A DNA stretch of 64,000 bases, taken from positions 186,001-250,000 of the forward strand of contig NW_020843442.1 of NCBI RefSeq assembly GCF_003704095.1, in the 5' to 3' direction. Both the position numbers and the translations under genes were made by a program. A model generated the notes under the pieces. It did no database searches. It was not told the DNA's origin and saw only the letters and a list, made by a program, of their open reading frames with translations. Positions 48,560 through 61,082 of the stretch are shown piece by piece. Numbering within the stretch: position 1 is the first letter of the stretch; every line of letters starts with the position of its first letter. Source of the DNA: Pocillopora damicornis (lineage: Eukaryota).

Positions 48560-49927
48560 TGAATGAATAATACGCAATTAGTGGCACAGCCTGGTGGATT
48601 TTAGCATATTCGTGAGTGAAATTACTTTGCAGTCCAAGGCATTCGGTGAACATTTATGAAGCAGCTCCACATTGTGTGACTCAGCGATACCGACAGGTAG
48701 CCCGTGGTCGGTTAAAACAATTGAAAGTTTTGGGGCGAGGGAAAAAGAAAGTTAACGCTGGCCATTGTGCAACTGAGGGCGACCAATCAATCGCATCGGG
48801 ATGACACAGACTTGAACCTCCCAGTCCCCCTGCCCCCTCATTCAATTTCTTCTCAGATTTTTGAGGACGGCGGCTTGTGCTAGCGAAAACTCAACAGTGA
48901 CCGCAACGCTAAGGAAGACGTCGATTCAAAAATGAATCTGAACTTTTAGTTTTAGGCGAAGGGCTGGATGTGTTTACCGTCTCTTACCACGGCGCCACTG
49001 GCCTCAACTTAAGCATAACATATGTCAGCGGTGTTGAGTTCCAAATGCCGGAAGCTTGAATAATTTCCCGCCAGGAATGTCATTTTCAGCCCAGGCAAAT
49101 TCTAGTAATTTCACAGCTAAGAAATGTAGAAAGTTTGAAAACGCACGTGCCGAGCTATTGTCTGATCATGATCGTTTCTTTTGTCTGGTCCTTGTTGTTC
49201 CGTCCTCGTTGCCACGACATCTTTGCCACGTACTCTTGCCGTCGCCGTCGTCGTTCAATTAGGGACCTTAAGCAAACCACGACGGCGACGGCAACAAGGA
49301 CGTGGGAAAACAAAAGATCTAATTGGCAGAACAATAGCTCAGCACGTGCGTTTTAAAACTTTGTACATTTCTTAGCCGTCCTATGCAAAACAAGAACGTG
49401 AAATCACCACAATTTGCGTCATCTGCGAACCGAAACCGCGACGGCAAATTTTTGTGATTTCCAGTTGGAGCTCAACGCTTCTTTTATACGTTATGCTGAA
49501 GTTGAGGTGTGGCGCTGTATGAGACGGTAAACACATGCAGCCATTTTTTAAATTCTAATTAAAGGCAGAAATTTATTTTTTAATCGAGGTCTTCCTTAGC
49601 GTTGCCGTCCTGACTGCTTAAGGTCCCTTTTAATTACCGATGAAAAAGTAGCTCCAAACTGGCACCAGCCTACCATTAACGAGTCGAGGCTACCAAATGA
49701 TAAATCCTTTAAATCGGTCAAACCCAAAAGCGGTAAAGTATCGTAACTAAAAACAAGTGAAGAGCCTTCATAATGGGTTTGATCCCCTTTACAATACAAT
49801 AAAACAAGAAGAAACGATTTATGAATAAATATTAAGGGTTCTTTTGATCGCTTTTGGCTGGAGGGTAAACTTGTATTTCGGAAGCAATGATAATTCGAGG
49901 ATTACTCTCATAACAAACAGTCTAGGA
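48560..49927 (+). repeat. Local low-copy duplication unit, with further copies at 55668-56484 and 56585-57100
   Basis: Shared GGCCATTGTGCAACTGA.GGCGA.CAATCA, GCTAAGGAAGACGTCGATTCAAAA and GGGCTGGATGTGTTTAC.GTCTCTTACCACGGCGCCAC in all three copies. Confidence 0.9.
49261..49628. mobile_element. MITE with 14-bp terminal inverted repeats AGGGACCTTAAGCA / TGCTTAAGGTCCCT
   Basis: Perfect TIRs are read directly. The element is absent from the paralogous site at ~56205-56220. Confidence 0.85.
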
Positions 49928-50914
49928 NNNNNNNNNNNNNNNNNNNNNNNNNNNNNNNNNNNNNNNNNNNNNNNNNNNNNNNNNNNNNNNNNNNNNNNNN
50001 NNNNNNNNNNNNNNNNNNNNNNNNNNNATTTCGGAAGCAATGATAATTCGAGGATTACTCTCATAACAAACAGTCTAGGAAAGTTTGCAGGTGGGTTGAT
50101 TTTAGCACAGTAGTCTGGTACAATTTCTGTCACAGATTGATTTATTGTGATTCTGAATTTCTCCAAACCTTTTTGTCGCCGGAAAAAGCTTGTGAAGCAT
50201 CCTTTTGCGAGAGAAACTTATTCGGTAGTTTTCTATTCAAATTTGTTAACTATATAAGTCTTTGTAAAATATTTTATTGTCGTAAATGCTATCGGAACGT
50301 TTAGGATTGAAAAAGTTAGGTCAAAACACTACTCTATCTCTTTACCCTGTCGTTTTTGGAGAAAATAGTAAAATCTCTCAGAACCTGAAATAAAAACTTG
50401 TCTGTGTCGACAGATCATGCCAAATCAACAAGTTTTTAAAAATGATTTCACATTAAAAGTTAACACTTGGATAAAACATTTCCTTTGACCGTTCAGTTTC
50501 ACGGTTGTTTTCAATTTCGGTTTAAATATAAAACGAACATGTTAAAAAATATCATTAGAGCGCCAAACTATTTAACTTAGAAATAATATAGAATACAACA
50601 AGTTTGAGAAAAAATGCTTCGTGTGGACCCCACAAAAAAAAGTGAGTTAGCCAGGAAAATGGCAAAGATCTTGACATCGTTGAATGAGGCTTCCACTAAC
50701 AAATATTCATGGATTGAGCTACGCTGTTTTATAAGTTTGGGCTTTTGTTAAAAGCGAAAGTTACCTGACGCAAGAAGTTAAAGAAATAGAACATTAATTG
50801 TGCAATACACACTGATCAAAGATTTCATGATGAATCATACCAATAGAAATAGATGACTTATGCTAATTTCTGGTTAATAGTTTGGACGGATGCAATTATA
50901 AAAAAAAAAGTGGA

Positions 50915-51190
50915 CCGTCACGGATCTTTCTATTAGAAACTTAGGACAGCTAAACACATGGGAATCCAAAACAAAATATTAGCGGTTGTGCGCGGTCCCA
51001 AGAGGAATTTGGAGAGTTAGCAAAGAAAAACTTGACGCGCTGTTTTCTAAAAGCAAGCCTCTTATGAGTCAGCGTTTTTAAAAAAGCTACTTTTCGATTT
51101 CAAACCCCCGCTAGTGCTTAGCTCAGTAAAGTGCTCTTCAGACGAAAGTAAAAGCCCACAAGCTACGGTCATTTACTCGCATAAATTTAC
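50915..51190 (+). repeat. ~280-bp direct repeat, second copy at ~51852-52137
   Basis: GTCACGGATCTTTCTATTAGAAACTTAGGACAGCTAAACAC...ACGGTCATTTACTCG.ATAAATTTAC occurs in both. Confidence 0.9.
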
Positions 51191-53129
51191 TCTTAATGGT
51201 GTCTTAGATGCACGTTTTTCATAATTTGTTTGTTTAAGGTACGTTATTACTTCACGAGGTTCTAGATGGTTCAACTGTTAGCCGTAAATCGGCAAAAAAT
51301 AGCTGTTTGGTGCCAAAAATTGACAAATTTTAACCATTAGTCGTAAAAAAAAGTTAGCCGCAAATGTTCCTCTTATCTGTGATGTGGCTTCTCGAAAATG
51401 TCAAAATTTTATACTGTTATGTTGCTTGTCTCGTGACCATTGCGGGGGAACATAAAACTCAAGTACTCCATATCAACCCAACAGCGGCGCAACAGCAGTT
51501 CCTTCTGGAATTACCTCTGGTACTTGACTCTGGTGGTGAAAGCGAGCGAGTAAATGTGTTTTAGAACAATGAAAATAAATCTTTAACTTTTTAAAGTGAT
51601 TGAAATCAAATTTTTAACATTTCTGGCAACCGTAGCAGAAAGATATTCCAGTAGCCGTAAAATGACCAAAACTTTAACCGTTAGCTGCAAATACCATCAC
51701 CTTATTGAAACTTTCAACATTCACACGTTTTCTATAGTAAATTAACATACTCCGGAAATCGTTGAAACAACAGCCAGTTACTCTCTTTCACAAATTGTAC
51801 GAACGATGCGAGGGCCTTAACTAACAATTGCAGTTATAGGAGAAAGTTGACTGTCACGGATCTTTCTATTAGAAACTTAGGACAGCTAAACACGAGGGAA
51901 TCCAAAACAAAATTGCGGTTGTACGCGGTCGCAACAGGAATTTTGAGAGGTAGCAGAGAAAAACTGAAAAACGTGCTGTTTCCTAAAAGCAAGCCTCTTA
52001 TGAAACAGCGTTTTTAAAAAAAAGCTACTTTTCGTAAGATAAGATTTTAAACCCCCGCTAATGCTTAGCTCAGTAAAGTGCTCTTTAGACGAAAGTAAAT
52101 GCCCACAAGTTACGGTCATTTACTCGAATAAATTTACATTACAGAGCAAATGGAGAATTTTGAAACAGATAGCTAGTTGATCCCATTTAGTCCGTATATT
52201 TCCCTGCTCGATCGTTCTCTCCAACTTATATTCTGATAAATGATCTGATTAATAAGCGCCTTATTACCATTCATCGATGACGTGAAGACAGTGCTTTTAA
52301 GAATGCTTCGAAACAGGGTTGCCTTGACACTGTGACACTTCGGAGTTTTTTTAGTTGTGTTTCACCGCTGCGTTTTAGGGCGTTCTAAAGCTAGCGTGAA
52401 ATTTTTTGAGTGGATTCTAAGACCTTTTCATGTCGCGCAGCTGGCAGGTAAATGAGAAGATATTGATACCTCAGGGCAATTAACGATCACTTCAATATAT
52501 TGTTCTGTTTTCCAGTTGGACATCATTGGCATCGAATTATAACAAAAAGTAATGAACAACACACTCAGCTAGCCGCATCTGAGAACACACCAACACTGTC
52601 ATTTCATCCAGCAACGTCTTGCATTGAAAGAACTAAGAGCGCATGAAAATTTATTTATCTATCTAATAATTGTCGAGTCGCTTTGGGAAATATCCACANN
52701 NNNNNNNNNNNNNNNNNNNNNNNNNNNNNNNNNNNNNNNNNNNNNNNNNNNNNNNNNNNNNNNNNNNNNNNNNNNNNNNNNNNNNNNNNNNNNNNNNNAA
52801 AATTTATTTATCTATCTAATAATTGTCGAGTCGCTTTGGGAAATATCCACAAATTTAGAAACCATAAGTAAGATTCAATCTCACGCAATTAACATATTTG
52901 ACGGTAAAGTTTCTCGCTGCTCTTCAATACAAAACGCCTGACATTAAAAACGATATCTCACGTAATTAACATATCTGACGGTAAGCTGTCCGTAGCTAAA
53001 AATATTTTGATGATAATGATGAATTCACAAACCTCCGCAAAAATATGTTTGCAGAGGCAACTTTACCGGATCTTCTAACAGCGCTCATGCCACCCTACCT
53101 AAGGGCGTTACTAGGCACCCGACAAGAAA

Positions 53130-54245
53130 GGGCTTTGTTGATAGAGAGAGCTTCCATTACCATTAAAACTTTCATTAATGAATGTAACGTAAAAGAAATG
53201 ATTATTTTTTTACGTCTAATAAAACGCACAATGCTAAATTGGCGTGGCATCTGTCAAAAGAAGAAAAAGTGTCAGGGAACTGACGCACGAAAACAAACAC
53301 AATTTCGTGCAAATAGCGCCTCCAACCAAATGGTTTTTCAAAATTTGTGACACAGCATCTGATCACAGTCGGTGGGAGTTCTGTGAAGTGCACTTCATTT
53401 CCCTTTTTCTCGGACAAATTTTCAATAAATTTCAGTATAACTTTACTTTGAAATGACGACCAAAAAGTCACAGCTTCTTATGGACAGGTGCAAAGTACTC
53501 GACTTGCCCTCTGTAATGTAAGAAATGAAACAAATTAGAGCCGTATCATTTGGCAACTCATTTATCCCCGTCACCAGGTTATGTCTCTAAATTAATGGAT
53601 GCTATTCTCAGTTCAGTCAAGCGCAGCTGACACAGCAGATTAAATAATTTTAAAACATTTCCTCTACTTTCTGTTGGCGGTAATTGACTGTACAATTTCG
53701 CTTCGTGGGTAAAACGCCCTGATCGTTTTTAAGGTATGGTACTTACAGACATCTTTATACAATGCGTTACGATCGTTGATGCTTTTGATTCAGAATCAAA
53801 GCTCTGAAGCTAGAACAACGTTATTAGAGAAAAAAAAGATTTCTACGCCAAAACTGTTTCTCCTTGAAGACGAGTTGATCAATCATCATATTCCCTAAAT
53901 TTTTCTAAATTACTTCAGAAATAAATTTCTTATTTGGTAACAAAAATTAGGTTAATCAAGAAAATTAATACCTCACGGCGGACAAATAAAACTAGCAAAA
54001 ATGTTCTCACCATACCACGTATTCATCGATTATCAACAATTTGTGTCGCCTTTAAAACCGTATGAGTCATTTACACCTTATTTACCTTGAGCTAAGAGTT
54101 TCAAGCTGTGGTTTTTAGGACTTTTCAGCTTTCGAAAGCTTCAGCTCTTTTCCTGTACACCAGTCAACAGCAGCGACTCCGTACCTACGCATTCTCTTAA
54201 ACGAATGCGAAAACAGACCCGAAAGACAATTTTCTTTTCCTTTTT
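53130..54245 (+). repeat. ~1.1-kb direct duplication, second copy at ~57100-58197
   Basis: Shared AGCTTCCATTACCATTAA, CACAGCATCTGATCACAGTCGGTGGG, GGACAGGTGCAAAGTACTCGACTTGCCC, and end CGAATGCGAAAACAGACCCGAAAGACA. Confidence 0.9.
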
Positions 54246-54257
54246 CTTTCTTTCAAC

Positions 54258-55667
54258 AAAAGAAAAGACACATTTAGCAGTAGATGGTGTGACGAAGTCA
54301 CGTCACATACTGATCACGTACTCATTACGTGCTTGTCACGCACTTGCACAGTGAGTGGTGCAATATCAGTTGATGGCGAAGAACAAGAGCAGCTATGAAT
54401 TTGCTACAACCAAATATACTATATTAAGGTGGTACAACCCTCAAAAAATCAACATTTTTTCATATGTTTTTTTNNNNNNNNNNNNNNNNNNNNNNNNNNN
54501 NNNNNNNNNNNNNNNNNNNNNNTTATTATTGCTGCTGAGAATTAGCAAATGATGCCCCCCGGTGGGCAACCAAACATGAACAGTCATATCTCTTTAACAT
54601 TTGATTAAAAATTCACAAACTTTTTAGACAATGATCTTCAAATGCACCTGCATGCAATGAACTACAGAAACACCTCTCAGTCATATAGAATGGANNNNNN
54701 NNNNTTAACAACAAAAGATGCACCTAAGTGTATGTTTCTAGTTCATTGCATGCAAAAACATACTGAGATTTCTCACTCCAAAAATGAGAAGAATTGAATA
54801 AAACGCTGGAAAGTTATCTTTGCTNNNNNNNNNNNNNNNNNNNNNNNNNNAAAATTGAGAGAAAACTGGTTTAAAGTTTTTAAACTGATTTTTTCAAGAC
54901 TTAAGCGAAAAAATGTAACCTGATATCTGTTATCATTTAGGGCCANNNNNNNNNNCTTTCAGTTCACGGCAACCCTTCAACTCAAAACACTGACTAGGAA
55001 AAACCTCGACTCACATAAACACCACCCTTCAACTCCCAAAATCTAATTGTTAACTCTCCCCTCTAGCTGCTACATATGTCCTCGTGAATTAGTTACTAGA
55101 ATTTGGTGTTAAGTCAAGACAACAACTTCTACCTGATAAGTTTNNNNNNNNNNATTACCTGTTTGCTAGATAATGTAATCTTAGAACAAGTTAATTCGCC
55201 TTTTGCAAAAAATTACAGGTATTATTAGATGTAGCTATGTAGTACTAGATAAGGCAAAAGATCAAGCCAGTTTTTCTGAGAAAGATCCTCGCAATAGTAT
55301 TTCTATTTAGTTAATACACGTTCAAAGTTTTATCGATAACAATATCTAGTATATGGATATTACAGGGAGAAGTTGTATCTGTTAATCACTTCCGAGATTT
55401 CAAGGTTTATGAAGAATCTTCATAAAGAAACATCAGCTGGGAAGTATTGCCTGATGTAACTCCAAATTCTACTGCCTCTTAGAGGTAAACAGGAAGGAGG
55501 ATTGATATTGATACCTCGGGAGTGAAATTGTTTACTGTACAACTGTGATGTAGACGACCAGCTGATCTTGGAGAGATCAATAACTCAGTATCATACCAAT
55601 CATCGCGAATGCATTGAGTACGATTGAAACAGATCCGGTGAATACGTTTGTCATTTACCTTTGTGCG
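54258..55667 (-). pseudogene. Orphan duplicate of most of intron 1 of GPCR copy B (44473-45417), ending about 9 nt into exon 1
   Basis: GATGGTGTGACGAAGTCACGTCA, AATGTAACCTGATATCTGTTATCATTTAGGGCCA, ATTGATATTGATACCTCGGGAGTGAAAT and TTTACCT.TGTGCG are colinear with the GPCR intron. The copy then joins directly to the 48708-type repeat. Confidence 0.8.
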
Positions 55668-58249
55668 TCGGTTAAAACAATTGGAGGTTTAGGGCGAGAG
55701 AAAACGAAAGTTAACGCCGGCCATTGTGCAACTGACGGCGATCAATCAATCGCATCGGGATGGCACAGACTTGAACCTCCCAGCCCTCCTACCCTCTCAT
55801 TCAATTTCCTCTCAGATATTTGAGTACAGCGGTTTGTGCTAGCGAAAACTCAAAAGNNNNNNNNNNGCTAAGGAAGACGTCGATTCAAAAATTAATCTGT
55901 ACTTCTAGTTTTAGGCGAAGGGCTGGATGTGTTTACTGTCTCTTACCACGGCGCCACCGGCCTCAACTTTAGCATAACATATGTCTGCAGTGTTGAGTGC
56001 TAAATGACGGAAGCTTGAATAATTTCCCGGCAGGATTATCATTCTCAGCCCACGCAAATTCTAGTGATTTCACGGCGCTTCGGCTAAGAAACAGAACGCA
56101 CGTGTCGAGCTATTGTCTGAGCATGATCATTTCTTTTGTCTAGTCCTTTTTGCCCCGTCGTCGTTGCCACGTCATCATTGCCACGTCGTCTTGCCGTCGC
56201 CGTCGTGGTTTTAATTATCTACTGATGAAAAAGTGGCTCCCTACTGGCACCAGCCTACCATTAACGAGTCGAGGCTACCAAATGATAAGTGTTAAATTAT
56301 CGAAACTAAAAACCAGTGAAGAGCCTTCATAATGAGTTGATCCCCTTACGATACAATAAAACAAGAAGAAACGATTTATGAATAGACATTAAGAGTTCTT
56401 TTGATCGCTTTTGGCTGGAAGGTAAACTTATATTTCGGAAGCAATGATAATTCGAGGATTACTCTCATAACAAACAGTCTAGGANNNNNNNNNNNNNNNN
56501 NNNNNNNNNNNNNNNNNNNNNNNNNNNNNNNNNNNNNNNNNNNNNNNNNNNNNNNNNNNNNNNNNNNNNNNNNNNNNNNNNNNNACAACTGAAAAAGCGC
56601 AATTAGAGACACAGCCTGGTAGATTTTAGCATATTCGTAATTGAAATCACTTTCCAGTACAACGCACTCGGTGAATATTTATGAAGCAGCTCCACATTGT
56701 GTGACTCAGCGATACCGACAGGTAGCCCGTGGTGGGTTAAAACAAATGGAGGCTTGGGGCGAGGGAAAAAGAAAGTTATCGCCGGCCATTGTGCAACTGA
56801 GGGCGACCAATCATCACATCAGGATGGCACAGACTTGAACCTCCCAGCCCTCCTGCATGCCCCCTCATTCAATTTCCTCTCAGATTTTTGAGGACGGCAG
56901 TTTGTGCTAGCGAAAACTCAAAAGTGACCGCAACGCTAAGGAAGACGTCGATTCAAAAATGAATCTGAACTTCTAGTTTTAGGCGAAGGGCTGGATGTGT
57001 TTACCGTCTCTTACCACGGCGCCACGGGCCTCAACTTTAGCAATAGCATATGTCAGCAGTGTTGGGTTCAAAAGGCCGGAAGATTGAATAATTTTCCGTC
57101 AGGGCTTTCCTAATAGAAAAAGCTTCCATTACCATTAATGATTAGTTTTGGCGTCTTATAAAACGCACAATGCTAAATTGGAGTGGCATTTGTCAAGAGA
57201 AGAAAAAGTGTCAGAGCATTGTCACACGTGGACAAACATAATTTCGTGCGAATAGCGCCTCAAACCAAATGGTTTTTGGAAAGTTTGTATCACAGCATCT
57301 GATCACAGTCGGTGGGCGTTTTGTGAAGTGCACTTCATTTCCTTTTTCTCAGACAAATTTTTCATTCAATTTCAGTATAACTTTATTTTGAAATGGCGAC
57401 CAAAGACTGTGACTTTTCACAGAAAAGTCACACCTTTTTATGGACAGGTGCAAAGTACTCGACTTGCCCTCTGTAATGTTAGAAATAAAACAAATTAGAG
57501 CCGTATCAATTTGGCAACTCATTTATCCCCGTTACCATGTTATGTCTTTAAATTAATGGATGCTATCCCCAGCAAGCGCAGGTGTCAGTGGCAGATTAAA
57601 TAATTTTAAAACTGATTTCCTCTACTTTCCGTTGGCAGTACTTGACTATAGAATTTCGCTTTGCGGGTAAAACGCTCTGGTCGTTTTTAAGGTATGGTAC
57701 TTACAGGCATCTTTATACAATGCGTTATGATCGTTGATGCTTTTGATTCAGAATCAAAGCTCTGGAGCTAGGAGAACGTTATTAGAAAAAAAAAAGCTTT
57801 TTACGCCAAAACTGTTTCCCCTTGAAGACGAATTGATCAATTATCATATTCCCTAAATTTTTCTAAATTACTTCAGAAATTAATTTCTTATTTGGTAACA
57901 AAAATTAGGTCAATCAGTAAAATGAATACCTCACGGCGAAGAAATGAAACTAACAAAAATGTTCTCACCATACCACATATTTATCGATTATCAACAATTT
58001 GTGTCGCCTTTAAAACTGAAAGAGTCACTTAGACCTTACTCACCTTACGCTAAGAGTTTCAAGCTGTGGTTTCAGGTCTTTTAACTTTCAACAGCTTCAG
58101 CTCTCTTACACCAGTAAACAGCAGCGACTCCGTACTTACGCATTCTCTTAAACGAATGCGAAAACAGACCCGAAAGACAGTTTTCTTTTCCTTTTTTCGT
58201 TGGAAGCCCCTAATCATGGACTTACTCGATTTTTGTAAGAGAGATGGTA

Positions 58250-58495
58250 AGTTTTGAGCTCGGTAAAGAATTATAGAAAGATATTTTTCGTCTTGTCACA
58301 AGCGCAGGACAAGGAAAAATTATCTGAGTTCCCATGAGGAATCGAACCTCAGACCTTCGGATTCCGTGCTCCGATGCTCTACCACTAAATCACAGAGACT
58401 CTACGGTGAGCGAGGTCTATTACAAACTTCATAGGACACGCGTCCTGCATACTGCTAGGATCAGCAATGTCGATAGCGTCATGTTTGTAAATAGA
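58250..58495 (-). mobile_element. tRNA-derived (SINE-like) repeat about 250 bp upstream of the tyrosinase ATG
   Basis: The reverse complement contains AGTGGTAGAGCATCGGAGCACGGAATCCGAAGGTCTGAGGTTCGATTCCTCATGGGAACT, matching 17768-17827. Confidence 0.8.
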
Positions 58496-58745
58496 GATCA
58501 ATAAATCCTTGAAAATATGGTTCGAGCTTGTTTCTTTTTATTTCGTGCTTATAGACTTTTTTTCTCTTTCGAAGTTTGTAGAGGTAAGGCTGATGGTGAT
58601 GACATGGCTATGGTTAGCTGTGTTCNNNNNNNNNNNNNNNNNNNNNNNNNNNNNNNNNNNNNNNNNNNNNNNNNNNNNNNNNNNNNNNNNNNNNNNNNNN
58701 NNNNNNNNNNNNNNNNNNNNNNNNNAGTTTGTAGAGGTAAGGCTG

Positions 58746-59729
58746 ATGGTGATGACATGGCTATGGTTAGCTGTGTTCCTTACGATCACCTGGAACACTG
58801 CACAAGCCGACAAACAAAAGAATATTGTTTTTCAAGCAAACTATGAAGATCTCATTACGGGTTGTTGGGAAGGAAGCTTTGTATTAAACGAGTGCGAGGA
58901 ACGTTGTGAATGTCGAAATGGGGAGCTTGTCAACTGTTACCGTGTGAGGAAGGATTTCATCAAAATGGACATCCATGAAAGGCGTCGTTTTCTTGACGCC
59001 TACAAGATCGTTTCCATGTATCCTAGTTTCAGAAAAGACTACAAAAGAGTAGTCGCTTATCATATTACATACACCCCCACCGAATTACTTCACGAAGGCC
59101 CATGGATATTCCTACCCTGGCATCGATGGTGGCTGGTTGAGTTTGAAAATCTTCTTCGTCGCGTTGACTGCCGCGTAACCATGCCTTACTGGAACTGGAG
59201 TCGAGTCGCCAACCACTGGTGGAGAGGCATTGGTAAAGAGGACTTCTGGAGCCCAGAGGCGCACGGGCTGGGTGGCGATGGTAAAACTCCAAGTCTGTGT
59301 GTTGTCAATGGACCCTTTCGCGAGGACAAATGGAGCCTGTTGACAATTGGAGGAGGAGGATGTTTAAAGAGAAATTTCAGCTACGTTCACCTCACCGGAG
59401 ATGAAGAACACGTCAGGGATACTTTGGCTCTACCTCTGGAAGAGTTTCTCCAATTTGAATATATATTGCGAGAAGTTTACCATAACGAAATACATTGGTA
59501 TGTCGGCGGAACCATGTACACTACTGAAGCCGCAAACGCTCCTGAAGTAGTACCTCATCATTCCTTCCTGGACAAAATTTGGCGCGAGTGGCAGAAGAAA
59601 GGCGAACAATACAAAAATGTATTTTTTTACGACGTTCCGTGGAAGTTCCCAAACTCAAACTATCACGGCTGGCAATGGCTTGACTCCGATAACCTTCCTG
59701 ATCAAGTGAAAGTTACGTACGAAGATTAA
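58746..59729 (+). CDS. Secreted tyrosinase-like type-3 dicopper protein, single coding exon, ~327 aa
   Basis: Signal peptide MVMTWLWLAVFLTITWNTAQA, Cys-rich segment then RVRKD, CuA H...H...FLPWHR, VTMPYWNWS, GLGGDG, CVVNGPF, CLKRNF, CuB YHNEIHWYVGGTM...AANAPEVVPHHSFLDKIWREWQ. The longer ORF from 58509 crosses an N gap with duplicated flanks, so the start was re-called. Confidence 0.92.
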   Translation: MVMTWLWLAVFLTITWNTAQADKQKNIVFQANYEDLITGCWEGSFVLNECEERCECRNGELVNCYRVRKDFIKMDIHERRRFLDAYKIVSMYPSFRKDYKRVVAYHITYTPTELLHEGPWIFLPWHRWWLVEFENLLRRVDCRVTMPYWNWSRVANHWWRGIGKEDFWSPEAHGLGGDGKTPSLCVVNGPFREDKWSLLTIGGGGCLKRNFSYVHLTGDEEHVRDTLALPLEEFLQFEYILREVYHNEIHWYVGGTMYTTEAANAPEVVPHHSFLDKIWREWQKKGEQYKNVFFYDVPWKFPNSNYHGWQWLDSDNLPDQVKVTYED

Positions 59730-60777
59730 CCATGGGANNNNNNNNNNNNNNNNNNNNNNNNNNNNNNNNNNNNNNNNNNNNNNNNNNNNNNNNNNNNNNN
59801 NNNNNNNNNNNNNNNNNNNNNNNNNNNNNNNNNNNNNGGTGCCATCTGTTTTATTTTCATGAGAAGTGTTCGTTTACACCTCTCTTTATCCCCCCTTCAT
59901 GCCCCAGGCCTAAGAGTGAATGGTTTCTAATTTCTCGTCATAGTATCATCCTTAAATCAAATGTAACGGTCACGAAAATTAACGAAACGATTACCAATTT
60001 GATAGGTTCCAGATTGTCAAACAAATTCTCTCTATCAGAACTATTAATATCCAATTTTTCTCAGCAAAGATGAACTCAATCTAAAGATAGTCCTGTGTAA
60101 ATATTTATAAAGTTGTTAGAAATTAGTCTGCCGAATCACGCGAGAGTTGATTAACTTTCTGTATTGCAAGAGAGTTTTACACGGGCATGCGTTCTGTAAC
60201 CTGCCTGAATTCTTTTCCATCTATTGAGGAGATGGTAAACCTTAAGTAAAAAAAGATTTCAAAAGATCTGGGTATACGAGTAATTGTGAAAGCCAGCAAC
60301 GTTTAGCCAGAAAATTTCAAAGAAGACAAAATAGTTTGCAAATTGACTATTCAGTCATGCAACACAGCTGAGGTTCTGTGTTTATAACGGGTCTTAAAAC
60401 AGCACAGCTGTACATAAAATTGTCGGATGTAAACTCCAAGATTTATAGTTCAAACAACTTTGATGTTACATTGAAAGTCACTTACCTTATTTCATTAATT
60501 TTCCCTGGTGGTAGCTCATAACCTGACTAGCTTCACGACTGAGTAACTTTTTTAGCATACGTTTCTTTAGTCGGTAATTAATGTATGTAACATAAAATCA
60601 AGACCGGATGTAATAGATTTCTCCAGTATCGTAACTCACTGGAGCTTGAAATGTTTGTCACCTTTTTGTCTGTCTGGATGAAACAAACATTTAAATGGAT
60701 GATACAAAGAGATCACGAAAAGGAAAGTAAATTGCCATTTTTTTCCAGGGTATTTAATAGCAAAAGATACCTGTTCT

Positions 60778-61082
60778 GTGCATTGGCAGAGCTTTAGTGA
60801 GACGGATGGATAGAAAGTCCTCTGAAAACGTCCACTTCTTATGATATCAAATAGGCGCCGTTTGTCTTTGCTAAATGGTCCATTCACAACACAGATCTGT
60901 TTGTCTCCCGTTCCGCCATATCCGTGGTGGCCTGGATTCCTAGAAACCCCCGTTAGCAATATCTCTCTACCAGTAATGAGCGACCCGGCTCCACTCCGTG
61001 TAAGGCGCGGTTACTCGACAATTAAAATGGCGCGTGAAACTTTCCTACTGAATCAAACACCATCTTTGTCAGGGAAGAGAGA
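60778..61082 (-). pseudogene. Tyrosinase pseudogene fragment (antisense to the intact gene)
   Basis: Reads SLP*QRWCLIQ*ESFTRHFNCRVTAPYTEWSRVAHYW*R...HGYGGTGDKQICVVNGPFSKDK, colinear with FLPWHRWWLVEFENLLRRVDCRVTMPYWNWSRVANHWWR...HGLGGDG...CVVNGPFREDK. Multiple stops and a frameshift. Confidence 0.88.

Noticed and set aside
58509-58745. N-terminal extension and duplicated signal peptide of the 406-aa tyrosinase ORF
   Set aside because: Produced by reading through an N gap whose flanks are an exact 53-bp overlap.
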